DNA of 64,000 nt from Escherichia phage vB_EcoM_EC001. Where the stretch lies: sequence record MN445185.1; one strand, written 5' to 3'. A program made the position numbers and the translations under genes. The notes under the pieces are model-generated. The model searched no databases. It was given only the letters and a program-made list of their open reading frames with translations, and had not been told where the DNA came from. This document shows, one piece after another, positions 40,301-48,753 of this stretch. Positions within the stretch are counted from its first letter, which is position 1. Each line of letters begins with the position of its first letter.

Positions 40301-41536
40301 AAAAAGGACCTCGATAAACTGAAGCCAGGTGAGGCACTGTCATTTATTGATGGCTTGGTGCCGGATACCCTGATGGACGATGCTAAGCGTCAGAACTTCG
40401 TTGGGATTCAATTCGGTTCTGCGACCAGTTGTGTTGGCGCAACCACCACACCGTATCGTACCGAGCAAGAAAAGTTCGTGGCACACCGTACTTCTGTGAA
40501 GCACGCACGCGTAATCGATAAACCAGGCAAGATTGTGGAGGTTCTTAACGACCACGTTAAAATCAAATACGACGACGGAGAGGAAGAAGCTTTCCCACTG
40601 GGCCGTTGGTTCGGTCCACACGAAGGGACTTACTACCCACACACCCTGGTAACGAAATGGAAGCGCGGAGATAAACTCCCTGCCGGTGCCGTTATCACGT
40701 ACAACGAACAACACTTTGAACCAGACATCTACGATCCAACGCAGGTCAGCTTTAAAAACGGGATACTGGCAACTGTCGCTTTGATTGAAGGGGAAGAAGT
40801 AATTGAGGACTCCAACGCCATTAGTGAGCGGTTCGCTGCTAAGGCTGAAGCCGATGTTACCAAACTCAAAGAAGTCACAATGACGTTTACCCAGAACCTG
40901 TTGGAGATGGTAAAAGAAGGGGACCACGTAGACGTGGATTCAATTCTATGCACCTTCACCGACAACCTGACCGGCGATATGAGCGGGTTCAGTAAAGAAG
41001 CAGCGGAAACGCTGCGTGAGTTAAGCTCCTTTGCACCACGCTCTGGTGTTCGTGGGTTTATCGACAAAATCGAAGTGGTTTACCACGGCGAGGTGGAAGA
41101 TATGACCCCGTCTTTGGCGGAGATGGTTCGTAAATACGACCGTATACGTCGGAAGACTGCGCTGGCTCTCAAACGTGACGAGCCGAAGGACGGTCGAGTC
41201 AACGGTGATTTTCGTGTTGAGGGGGTGCCGTTAGCGTACAATAGCCTGTGTGTCCGATTCTACATCACACACCGGGTAGAGATGGCAGCAGCGGATAAGA
41301 TGGTTATTGCTAACCAGCTGAAAACGACGGTTCAGGAAGTGATGTATGGAACCAACAAAACGGAAGACGGGCAGGAACTCGACATTATCTTTGGTCGTGA
41401 TTCCGTCGACGCACGTATCGTGGGTTCTATCATGCGCATCGGAACCACCAACGCTGTCGGGTATCGTGGTGGGGAGAATATCGGACGCATCTTAGATGGT
41501 GAAGACGTCCCAGCCTTGCCGGCTAAAATCAACTAA
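37331..41536 (+). CDS. multisubunit RNA polymerase beta-like subunit (1401 aa), divergent
   Basis: C-terminal AADKMVIANQLKTTVQ..EDGQELDIIFGRDSVDARIVGSIMRIG resembles E. coli beta [39 protein letters not shown] (from memory); adjacent to the beta-prime-like gene. Confidence 0.5.
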   Translation: MIFLKQFNQRFTVRKTDEFGRPRIIPLEKLQLPRGSIYHTIDLDQVVLAPPLTTPCFGQLEKPAMIRHHFQLPEDGIIGHPRKKPVVGQERQIFQYHRNNRRIRRMIEDGVVRSDPKVLLIENYTPMLPHYFYPDTLMSWYERLHNIQLLITNQMKTDSREYMRQNYYIIELGNVLPSFDRFKMTYNDRVKTKLERFKDFNLLWLLELFGWAYGDQQATLFDGMDMNQLSRVNFIFTHNGGFTSMNMGVIERMRKSAGGRLTDVQMGRMFYRTLTTVMTTPPSTDYEDDEFVTPEGDERVHLGEDDDVVEAVASKPEETLDIVDDEATQSDNVDDILNDHEFDEKEDLVIEAPKEDVKPTTIVVERTIPHDAVIKQEVERLAEAGRVTAKAYQFLNESSKRFVNLPNPYNPKETYGEGLTIDPKKLEVKAEPKKIERLVTDEAWAENTTDQIIRQYNQEIFPKDILGAVASSQRLGLAIHNHTVEKEISVTGNIEHHTLRIQPIGGEPTTVRFSIPALTEDGTWVANGVEYTMRRQRVDLPIRKVSHDTVALTTAYGKNFVRRSDKVVNDYGRWLTNAIITRAVDPKNTEITDAKLANVFDPLSKLPRQYTEVARRVAAFNAIGYQWSFDIKQKAAFFNEGQLADADRVELVPVAKKPRSHVIVGMDKNSQLYRVDKDKTEPLGTLAEVFGVDTSKAPREMTELSLMGKSISLGFVFSYYLGLTGMLKHFGISYEVLSVGQRIDKGQFDSIIRLQDAKIAIVCENDQQRMIVNGLDRYIKHFTTYTESEVDREDIYLNLLRDADGLTPRYIKELKLMRTAFVDDMHARILRKMGEPETFIGLLERSNELLQTDHTLPEINGDEMMFIGNQRISYHIYTAMVRAMRNYNNAPNSNRKFELTQDMVWGAINSDPSVLLAPGANPVQNIKEKDVVTMGGTGGRNRKTMVYSTREFQPSDLGIISGNTVDNGDVGITAFATNNPRYDTVDGTTFKKDLDKLKPGEALSFIDGLVPDTLMDDAKRQNFVGIQFGSATSCVGATTTPYRTEQEKFVAHRTSVKHARVIDKPGKIVEVLNDHVKIKYDDGEEEAFPLGRWFGPHEGTYYPHTLVTKWKRGDKLPAGAVITYNEQHFEPDIYDPTQVSFKNGILATVALIEGEEVIEDSNAISERFAAKAEADVTKLKEVTMTFTQNLLEMVKEGDHVDVDSILCTFTDNLTGDMSGFSKEAAETLRELSSFAPRSGVRGFIDKIEVVYHGEVEDMTPSLAEMVRKYDRIRRKTALALKRDEPKDGRVNGDFRVEGVPLAYNSLCVRFYITHRVEMAAADKMVIANQLKTTVQEVMYGTNKTEDGQELDIIFGRDSVDARIVGSIMRIGTTNAVGYRGGENIGRILDGEDVPALPAKIN

Positions 41537-41538
41537 TG

Positions 41539-41562
41539 TAGGGCGGGTCGCTCCCGCCCGGT
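41539..41562 (+). terminator. GC hairpin, possible terminator or RNA stability element
   Basis: GGGCGGG-TCGCTC-CCGCCC hairpin after the 1401-aa gene; weak T-tract. Confidence 0.35.
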
Positions 41563-41583
41563 AAATAAACTCCGGAGTTAATA

Positions 41584-41877
41584 ATGGGAATTTTAGATAC
41601 GCTCAAGCAGCAGCATGGGATTCCGGTGGGCCGTAATAGCACGAATCCGGAAACGGAAGGTTATTCCCCACAGCAACGCATGAACTTTGTTGTTCTGGGC
41701 AATGCGGTTGAATTGGCCACCGAAATTATTCACGGACTGCTGAAGGGCAGCAATGGCCTGTCTGACCGCATGGGCGATCAGCGTTTGCTGAAACGAGACA
41801 TCGCTGATATGGTGGGTGCGCGCATTACTGGTCGCATCCAGGATTCCATCAGCACCAAAAACGGGGGTCAGGCATGA
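41584..41877 (+). CDS. hypothetical protein (97 aa)
   Basis: ORF with SD GGAG upstream; coupled to next gene. Confidence 0.5.
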   Translation: MGILDTLKQQHGIPVGRNSTNPETEGYSPQQRMNFVVLGNAVELATEIIHGLLKGSNGLSDRMGDQRLLKRDIADMVGARITGRIQDSISTKNGGQA

Positions 41878-43349
41878 TCAACTTATATTCACTTAATGCT
41901 GTCACCAACGCAATGAAACTGGCGAAACAACACCAGATTCGTTTGGATGCTGACGTTGACAGTCCTGTTGGTCTACTGACAAAAGCGACTACGCAGCAGA
42001 GCGTTTTCGATACACAGATAACTGACGAAGAGTTCTTCCAGTCTCTGCCGGATATCACTGCACTGAAAACGCCGCAGTCCGGAACAGGCGAAGCGTCTGT
42101 AATCGCAGACACCGCAGCGGGTCCAGAAACGCTGAACGTCGAAGACCACGAACCAACGCTGTTTGAACTGAAGCGTATGGCTATCCAGCGTTGTCAGGGT
42201 ATGCTTGACTTTGCCCGTAACGTTATTCAGCCGTTTGTTCAACTGGTTATCCAAAACAACCAGGGTATTGAAAACCAGGCAGTTAGCGAAGAGTGGGCAC
42301 TCGTACCTGCAGGTATGGACCCGGCGCTGAACTCCCCGGTGGTACAGGCGTTAATTGATTCGGTAGAAAACCCGCTGGGTAATGGTACTACGCATCCCGC
42401 AGTTAAAGCCAACGTCCCTGCCGATATCGAACTGCCAGAAACTGGCAGCAAAGCATACGACGATCTGGTTAAAGAACTGTTGAATGCGCTGGGTTGGAAT
42501 ATCAACGAAGCCGTTCGCAACATGCTCGAAGGGAACATGCTCTCTCCGGTAAGCGACCAGGCACCACACAACCTGAAACGCAACATTCTGTTTATGCTGC
42601 TTTCTGGCTACTACCTGGAAATGCCGTGGAAAGACTCTGGTCTGAATAGCGGGCAGTGGAAAGCACAGATGCTGCCATTGCATTACAGCTATATCGGGTG
42701 GGTTTACGCCTACACCCAGAACATCGTTACCCGCATCAAGACCGGTAACATTGTCTTCGGATACGACAACGTTGAGAAGAAAGTGTATATCTGCCAGGAA
42801 GTTATGGATGACTATCTGGAAAAAGGCGGTAGCGTTGAAGCGTTACTGGGCGCTATTTACCAACTGGACGAAGGTGACACCAATGTCTCCACGCGTGTAG
42901 CTTCACTGTTGGAAAAACAGAAAGACTACATCGCTGCCTGGAGCCACCGTTCCGCGATTCAGCGTGCTAAGCTCGATAGCAATTGGGTAACACGCAATCG
43001 CCAGTCACTGAAACAAGCGTTTAACGTGGCTATCGATGCGACCGATCCTGAACTGTTCTGGCGTGGACAGGACGGTCAGGTAGCAACGCCGGAGTTCGTT
43101 AAGAAATCAACGGCAAGCTTCATCGATTCGTTCTTCACAACCGACACCACAGACATCACTGAGTTCGTTATCAAGGTCTCCGCGACTGAGGTCTTCGGTG
43201 AATACGAACTGTCCAAGCTGATGCTGGATATTCATCGTGGTATGATTGCTAACCGTCAGCCTGACGAGGTGGCGACCGACTGGATGATTAACTACGTCCT
43301 GGATTGGATTTGTGGCGGTGTGGTTATTTCTGTACCGAGCAAAGTTTAA
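41874..43349 (+). CDS. hypothetical protein (491 aa)
   Basis: Long ORF, ATGA overlap with upstream stop. Confidence 0.6.
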   Translation: MINLYSLNAVTNAMKLAKQHQIRLDADVDSPVGLLTKATTQQSVFDTQITDEEFFQSLPDITALKTPQSGTGEASVIADTAAGPETLNVEDHEPTLFELKRMAIQRCQGMLDFARNVIQPFVQLVIQNNQGIENQAVSEEWALVPAGMDPALNSPVVQALIDSVENPLGNGTTHPAVKANVPADIELPETGSKAYDDLVKELLNALGWNINEAVRNMLEGNMLSPVSDQAPHNLKRNILFMLLSGYYLEMPWKDSGLNSGQWKAQMLPLHYSYIGWVYAYTQNIVTRIKTGNIVFGYDNVEKKVYICQEVMDDYLEKGGSVEALLGAIYQLDEGDTNVSTRVASLLEKQKDYIAAWSHRSAIQRAKLDSNWVTRNRQSLKQAFNVAIDATDPELFWRGQDGQVATPEFVKKSTASFIDSFFTTDTTDITEFVIKVSATEVFGEYELSKLMLDIHRGMIANRQPDEVATDWMINYVLDWICGGVVISVPSKV

Positions 43350-43358
43350 TAAAGAGAG

Positions 43359-44087
43359 GTGGTCGTGAGCGCCATTGAAACAGCACGTCGTGACGCGACG
43401 AAAATTCATGCAGATTTAGTGGACCAAGGCACGGCCACCATCACCAAAGGGGGATGTTACATTTACATCCCTGTTGGCTTCGTGGCTAAAGAGCTGGCGG
43501 TAATTTCTTCGCAAGTCGAAATCGTCGGCATTTTCGCTATCTCCACTGACCGCAAAACCTACGGGGTATCGAACGTCACGACGTTCATTGAAATTACCCC
43601 GTCGGCGTTTGAGGAAATTGATGTTCAGGGTGTGCCGTATTACGAGTTCCGTTTTGACCCCGGCACGGTGGTGTTCCCCAACCGAATGCTGCAAGTGCTC
43701 TCCTCGCCAGTCTACAACATCGCTTCGTACATCTACGACTTCGGAAACCGGCCTTTCTGGTACACCGCAGTAGATGACGCTGAGCTATTGTCTGACACTA
43801 AGACGTGGAACGGCTTTACGGTCTTTAACGACCAGATCACCGCTGACTGTTATGCTGCCCACACACAGCGTAAGGTTGGCGACCCGCGGACGTATTTCCG
43901 CTACACCCTGAAAAAAGACAGCGATTTGATGAATCGGGTGCAGTTTATTCCGCTGCGTTCAGGTTCATTGAACAAAACTTCCCGGTTGGCCAAGATTGCA
44001 GATGTGGAACTGAAACAGGGTATCCGTTCTGCACTCCAGGTCGATCCGGTACGTGCAGAGCCACTCGAGGATTTGTATATGAGGTAA
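43359..44087 (+). CDS. hypothetical protein (242 aa)
   Basis: Long ORF. Confidence 0.55.
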   Translation: MVVSAIETARRDATKIHADLVDQGTATITKGGCYIYIPVGFVAKELAVISSQVEIVGIFAISTDRKTYGVSNVTTFIEITPSAFEEIDVQGVPYYEFRFDPGTVVFPNRMLQVLSSPVYNIASYIYDFGNRPFWYTAVDDAELLSDTKTWNGFTVFNDQITADCYAAHTQRKVGDPRTYFRYTLKKDSDLMNRVQFIPLRSGSLNKTSRLAKIADVELKQGIRSALQVDPVRAEPLEDLYMR

Positions 44088-44149
44088 CTGAGGTAGGGTT
44101 ATTGTACGTCCCCAATAACCCGCTTCGGTAATAACAACTGGGGAAACCA

Positions 44150-44953
44150 ATGGAAAACTTGTCACTACGTTATAACTGCGTGGCACTCGCTGGGGTCAAT
44201 AAAGGGGCAACGCTAAAGAAAGATGCGGACGGATATTACTACGTCCTGTTAGGTGCATTGAATATTTTCAACTCTGAGAATATTTACTACGCCTATAACG
44301 AGTCAAAACATGTCTTCGAGCGCTCTAACGTTTTCATGCGTAAAGTTTTAGCGGGGAATCTCTTCGGTGAAGAAGACCATCCGCAATACGAACAAGGCAT
44401 GAGCGAAGCCCAGTGGATCGAACGTAACGAATGGATCGAAACGCGTAACGTGTGTATGCACATTCGCGAAGTAGAAGTGAAGCCGACTGACCAGATGTGT
44501 AACGGTCTGCCGGTGATGGAAATCTGGGGTTGGATTAAACCTAACCGTGAACGTGGTCCGCTTCTGGCGGAAGCACTAGAGAACCCACATCAGAACGTGT
44601 GTTTCTCACTGCGTGCTATCGTTCGTGAAGGTCGTCTGGGTACGACAATCGTACGCCGCATCGATAAACTGGTCACCTTTGACTGGGTTATTGAAGATGG
44701 CCTGCAAATCTGTAACAAATACTCTGCGATTCAACGCGGTAGTAAAGTGGCACAGGAATCTACTCGCACTTACGTCGACCGCCCTATCAGTCGTCAAGTG
44801 TTGGAAGACATCCTGTACAATCCGACAACGACCAGCGCTGTTGCCACTGAGTCCCGTCGTGGCGCTCTCCAGCAACTCGCGCAGGAATACCTGCAGCTGG
44901 CTCCGAAAGTGTCCAATCTGCGGGTAATGGGCATGGGTGTAAGGAGCTGGTAA
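44150..44953 (+). CDS. hypothetical protein (267 aa)
   Basis: Long ORF. Confidence 0.6.
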   Translation: MENLSLRYNCVALAGVNKGATLKKDADGYYYVLLGALNIFNSENIYYAYNESKHVFERSNVFMRKVLAGNLFGEEDHPQYEQGMSEAQWIERNEWIETRNVCMHIREVEVKPTDQMCNGLPVMEIWGWIKPNRERGPLLAEALENPHQNVCFSLRAIVREGRLGTTIVRRIDKLVTFDWVIEDGLQICNKYSAIQRGSKVAQESTRTYVDRPISRQVLEDILYNPTTTSAVATESRRGALQQLAQEYLQLAPKVSNLRVMGMGVRSW

Positions 44954-44956
44954 AAA

Positions 44957-45586
44957 ATGGCAGAACATATCGACCCGTCATTAGAGCGGTGGTGTGAACG
45001 CCAGATGCCGCACGTCGCCAAAAAGTTGACGTTACGTAAACTGACTGAACAGCCGCTGCATTTAAGCAAGTGTAAGATACCGACGTTTTCGCCGCGTATC
45101 CCACTTTCGTGCGCGCCAGATGAAGACAAGACCGTGCCCAGAATTTGCTGCTCGGTAGATTTAGAGCGAGCGATTAAGGGTGCACGTCACAACTTCTCTG
45201 CAATCGAAATACCCACACGATTGTATCTTTACGGTTTTGATGAGCGTGATGTAGCGCAGCCTTCGGTCAACCTGACGCAGGAACCGAATCGGGCGGGTGA
45301 AGTATGGATTGTACCACACCGCATGTCGAACTGGGATATCAAACCGACTTACCTGGGCGAGATGCGGTTGTCAGAACTTCGCAACGGCGGCCATGTTTTT
45401 GTCTATCACTTAAGTTTCGGACAAGATGTGCGCCTGTCTACCAGTCAACTGCTGAAAGCCGGCGAATTTTATCGACTGATTATCAGCGTCAACTGGGAGC
45501 GCGGTGAAGTTAAGGTCTCGGAGGCGGTCGCCACTGCGCGTACTGCTTTTGATAACGCACTGAACGAATACGTCGTTTCACCGTAG
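44957..45586 (+). CDS. hypothetical protein (209 aa)
   Basis: Long ORF immediately after upstream stop. Confidence 0.55.
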   Translation: MAEHIDPSLERWCERQMPHVAKKLTLRKLTEQPLHLSKCKIPTFSPRIPLSCAPDEDKTVPRICCSVDLERAIKGARHNFSAIEIPTRLYLYGFDERDVAQPSVNLTQEPNRAGEVWIVPHRMSNWDIKPTYLGEMRLSELRNGGHVFVYHLSFGQDVRLSTSQLLKAGEFYRLIISVNWERGEVKVSEAVATARTAFDNALNEYVVSP

Positions 45587-45641
45587 TGCTTAGTTCGTGG
45601 TCTGCAAATCACAACTAAAAACCACTACAGTAGGGGGACGC

Positions 45642-45941
45642 ATGAAGGTCGTTAACATCGCAATACCTCCGACCCTTCGTTGTTTGACGCCGGAAGAACT
45701 GAAAGCGTTAGCGATCTACGCTATCCAAGGAAAGGCTGGTAAAGAAGTGCTTGCCGAAATCTTATCGGAACGTTTTGATACAAAACGCAAGATTAATAAC
45801 ATCATCTCCGGAATCGCGTCGCTAGATATCATGGCACTCTATTGCGACATTAAAGAGGCTGGAGTGACAATCGACTATCGCCGTACTTACTTTCTACTCA
45901 CTGAGCCGTATCGTTCGAATATGGCAATAAAGCAGATGTAA
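45642..45941 (+). CDS. hypothetical protein (99 aa)
   Basis: ATG at 45642 with SD AGGGGGA; track ORF from 45597. Confidence 0.45.
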   Translation: MKVVNIAIPPTLRCLTPEELKALAIYAIQGKAGKEVLAEILSERFDTKRKINNIISGIASLDIMALYCDIKEAGVTIDYRRTYFLLTEPYRSNMAIKQM

Positions 45942-45994
45942 TTTTTTACATGACGTTGGTTTCATGTGTTGGGGAACAAAATAAGGACAAGAAG

Positions 45995-46543
45995 ATGTTT
46001 TATCTGGATAGCGATGGCGTTTTTGCACGCTGGCGTAAATACGTTTTATCCACACATTTTCCCGGAATGACGATTAAAGAGTTTAACGCACTACCTGAAC
46101 TCCGTCGCCGTAGTTTGGTTCGTTCGATGTATCAGAACGATCCTGACTTGTTTTACAAACTCGAACCAATTGAGGGTGTAGAGCGAATCCTGGAAACGGT
46201 AGATAGACTTTGCGACAGTTGGGCAATACTCACCTCTGGGTCAGAAGATCACTACGACCACCAATTGGTCGTGGATTCAAAACAACGGTGGTTCATGAAG
46301 CACTTTGGGGTACCAGCTGACAAAGTCATCGTCACCGAAAGTTCAGGGCAGAAGAAAGCTTACGCCTCGCGAGGTAATTTGCTTGTCGACGATTATGGTC
46401 GTAACTGTCGAGAATGGATTTTGCAAGGTGGCGCGGCGATATGGTCGCGAACTGAAGAACCGAACATTGATGGCATTTGCCTCCAGTGTGAAGCGTTCTA
46501 CAATGACCCGATTAGTCACTCGGGGACACTACTGCAAGTCTAA
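45995..46543 (+). CDS. HAD-superfamily phosphatase, likely 5'(3')-deoxyribonucleotidase-type
   Basis: N-terminal FYLDSDGVFA (HAD motif I DxDG), ILTSGS (motif II), LLVDDYGRN (motif IV-like). Confidence 0.5.
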   Translation: MFYLDSDGVFARWRKYVLSTHFPGMTIKEFNALPELRRRSLVRSMYQNDPDLFYKLEPIEGVERILETVDRLCDSWAILTSGSEDHYDHQLVVDSKQRWFMKHFGVPADKVIVTESSGQKKAYASRGNLLVDDYGRNCREWILQGGAAIWSRTEEPNIDGICLQCEAFYNDPISHSGTLLQV

Positions 46544-46553
46544 GCTCCACTAG

Positions 46554-46596
46554 GCTCATCCTATCTTCGGATACGGGTGAGTCTTTTTATTTTATT
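46554..46596 (+). terminator. rho-independent terminator
   Basis: CTCATCCTATC-TTCG-GATACGGGTGAG hairpin (one G-U pair) followed by T-tract. Confidence 0.7.
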
Positions 46597-46606
46597 AATT
46601 GCATTC

Positions 46607-46635
46607 AAAAAGAACTGAGATATATATTACTTAGG
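46607..46635 (+). promoter_or_regulatory. candidate phage promoter, AT-rich motif family A (AAAAAGAACTGAGATATATATTACTTAGG)
   Basis: Intergenic; contains TATATTAC; same architecture as the 14950 site. Confidence 0.45.
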
Positions 46636-46666
46636 TGAGCGTTACACGTTAACGCTTTAATCGACC

Positions 46667-46680
46667 ATTACCCAGAAGGA
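46667..46680 (+). promoter_or_regulatory. conserved 14-mer TTAATCGACCATTA (motif family B)
   Basis: Exact copy 19 nt upstream of ATG 46690 (via SD AGAAGGAG). Confidence 0.45.
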
Positions 46681-46689
46681 GTATTTACA

Positions 46690-47088
46690 ATGACTAACCA
46701 ACTACGCCAAGACCCGTTTGTTGCCATGATGCTTTGTGCTAAAGCCGAGAGCAACGAAGCCGATTTAATTCGTCTGTTGACTGATGACGAATACCTTATC
46801 GCTGAGCGCGATAAACGTTTAAAAGAACTCTACAAGCCAGAAACCGGTGAATCGCTCGACAATCAAGACGCCTGGAAGTTTCTTATTCTCATTGCTGATG
46901 AAAAGTGGCGAGCAGAAAATCCCATCGTCTGTGATATTACAGACCTACCGTACAAATACGGCGGACTCATCACCAGCGACCTGCATCTTAAAGCGTACTT
47001 TGATGGCGAAGCAATACAAGAGCTGCAAGATGTTCTTATTACAGCAACGAACACTTTGAGACGTTTGCGCGCTGAGCAGCTGATCTGA
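46690..47088 (+). CDS. hypothetical protein (132 aa)
   Basis: ORF with strong SD; preceded by the family B motif. Confidence 0.55.
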   Translation: MTNQLRQDPFVAMMLCAKAESNEADLIRLLTDDEYLIAERDKRLKELYKPETGESLDNQDAWKFLILIADEKWRAENPIVCDITDLPYKYGGLITSDLHLKAYFDGEAIQELQDVLITATNTLRRLRAEQLI

Positions 47089-47142
47089 TCTCTCAAAAAT
47101 AACGAATCGTACAAATCCTTTGACTGTGTAGGAAGGAATAAA

Positions 47143-47532
47143 ATGAAAATCGCAGAGGGGTTAGTAGATGCGTGCAGAGATCCATTTACGCTATGGGTTC
47201 TTTGTGGCTTGCGCCGAGACGATCGTTTCGGTGAGTTTGTTCGAAATCCAGATGCTTTACTAAGCTTCGTAGAAAGCGAGGAGAAGCGTTTAGAGGAGAT
47301 TAAGGAGGAAAGTAGTACCCTTACACCAGATATGGTGGTTTATAGCCGTATGACGTCACACAGGTGGCGTACGACCCATCGGCTGAAGGGAACCTCAATG
47401 AAGGAATTGATTGAAGGGTTATCAAAGGCGCTTTCGTCTGATAACATTATCTGGCCGGTGATGTATACCAACGAAGACCACTCTGATAACGTGAAGGTTA
47501 CACTGACACGTTGTTATCACACATTCTCGTAG
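47143..47532 (+). CDS. hypothetical protein (129 aa)
   Basis: ORF with SD AGGAAGGA upstream. Confidence 0.5.
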   Translation: MKIAEGLVDACRDPFTLWVLCGLRRDDRFGEFVRNPDALLSFVESEEKRLEEIKEESSTLTPDMVVYSRMTSHRWRTTHRLKGTSMKELIEGLSKALSSDNIIWPVMYTNEDHSDNVKVTLTRCYHTFS

Positions 47533-47535
47533 TAG

Positions 47536-47549
47536 TTAATCGACCATTA
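47536..47549 (+). promoter_or_regulatory. conserved 14-mer TTAATCGACCATTA (motif family B)
   Basis: Exact copy 17 nt upstream of ATG 47567. Confidence 0.45.
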
Positions 47550-47566
47550 TCGTAAGGAATATTTAC

Positions 47567-48238
47567 ATGCAGGGCACTGAACTCAACAAACTTTGGGAAA
47601 AACTGGTTCGTCAATTCCGCGACTTCTATCGTTATACCGATAGTGCGCATCGCATGGATCACATCAACTCAGTTAAATCAAATGCAATTCGTATCGCGTA
47701 TATGCTTGGGCAAACCGAACACCTGAAGCTGATACTGATTGCGGTGGCAGCTCATGATATCTTCTCTACCAAAGAAGACCGTGCGTCTCACCACATCAAA
47801 GGGTATAGCTGGATACTGGATAACAAACCAGTGCTCAAACGTAAGTATAAACTTACCGATGATGAATGTTTGACGATTGCCCATGCAGTCTTAGAACACC
47901 GCAGTTCTCACAAAGGGAACTACAACGGGATTGTCTCTGAGATAGTTGCCGCAGCTGACCGTGGTATACCGTCTGTAGATGACGTGAGCAATTACATGCA
48001 CCGTTCTTATCTGTTTGCCCGTGAGCAGGGTAAAAGTAAAGGTGATGCAAAATTCCATGCCGTTGGTCATGTCCAACAGAAGTTCGGACGCAACGGTGTT
48101 AGTAATGTCCCTAGTTGGTACGGTACGCTCTTCGCAGAGCGCATTCTGGAACGCAGGGATTTCGTGGAGCAGCTAGATATTAGCTATTTCACAGATACCA
48201 TTATCGACGACCTCGAAGCTCGTCTTTCACACGATTAA
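47567..48238 (+). CDS. HD-domain phosphohydrolase, putative
   Basis: AHRMDH..(30 aa)..IAVAAHDIFS fits the H..HD metal-binding signature. Confidence 0.5.
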   Translation: MQGTELNKLWEKLVRQFRDFYRYTDSAHRMDHINSVKSNAIRIAYMLGQTEHLKLILIAVAAHDIFSTKEDRASHHIKGYSWILDNKPVLKRKYKLTDDECLTIAHAVLEHRSSHKGNYNGIVSEIVAAADRGIPSVDDVSNYMHRSYLFAREQGKSKGDAKFHAVGHVQQKFGRNGVSNVPSWYGTLFAERILERRDFVEQLDISYFTDTIIDDLEARLSHD

Positions 48239-48264
48239 TCACACTGACCTTAAGGAATATTAAG

Positions 48265-48753
48265 ATGGCTGAAGTAACTTCAATGAAAGCACTGCACAAA
48301 CTGATCGCTGAACTGGACACGCCGGCAGCAACCCTGTCCGAAGACCTGGCGCTGAACGCTGACCCGCTGGTTAAGATTTACGAAGAAACACTCCCCGTAA
48401 CGAAAGTTGGGGATGTGGACTATCGCTTCACACTGGAAGACGCTGACGCTCTGCGACAGCACGACGCAAACTTCACTGAACTGTTCGGTGGCGTTGCCGG
48501 TGGTCTGATTGCTGACCGTGCAAAAGCGGATAGCGAAATCGGTGCACTGGACTTAACGCTCGATATCGGCAACGCAGCATTCTCTACCGTGTTCTCTCGC
48601 CCGGTTACTGAAAACCCAACTCAGAAAGAATGGGCAGCGTCCATCTCTTACGGTTTCGGTTCTCCGAAGTCTAAAGCGTTGGAAGGCAAGCTGCGTAAAG
48701 AGTTTGCCAAGTCCATGATGGCAACCGATGAAGAAGACGAAGACGACGAATAA
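48265..48753 (+). CDS. hypothetical protein (162 aa) with strongly acidic C-terminal tail (TDEEDEDDE)
   Basis: ORF with SD AAGGAATA upstream. Confidence 0.55.
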   Translation: MAEVTSMKALHKLIAELDTPAATLSEDLALNADPLVKIYEETLPVTKVGDVDYRFTLEDADALRQHDANFTELFGGVAGGLIADRAKADSEIGALDLTLDIGNAAFSTVFSRPVTENPTQKEWAASISYGFGSPKSKALEGKLRKEFAKSMMATDEEDEDDE

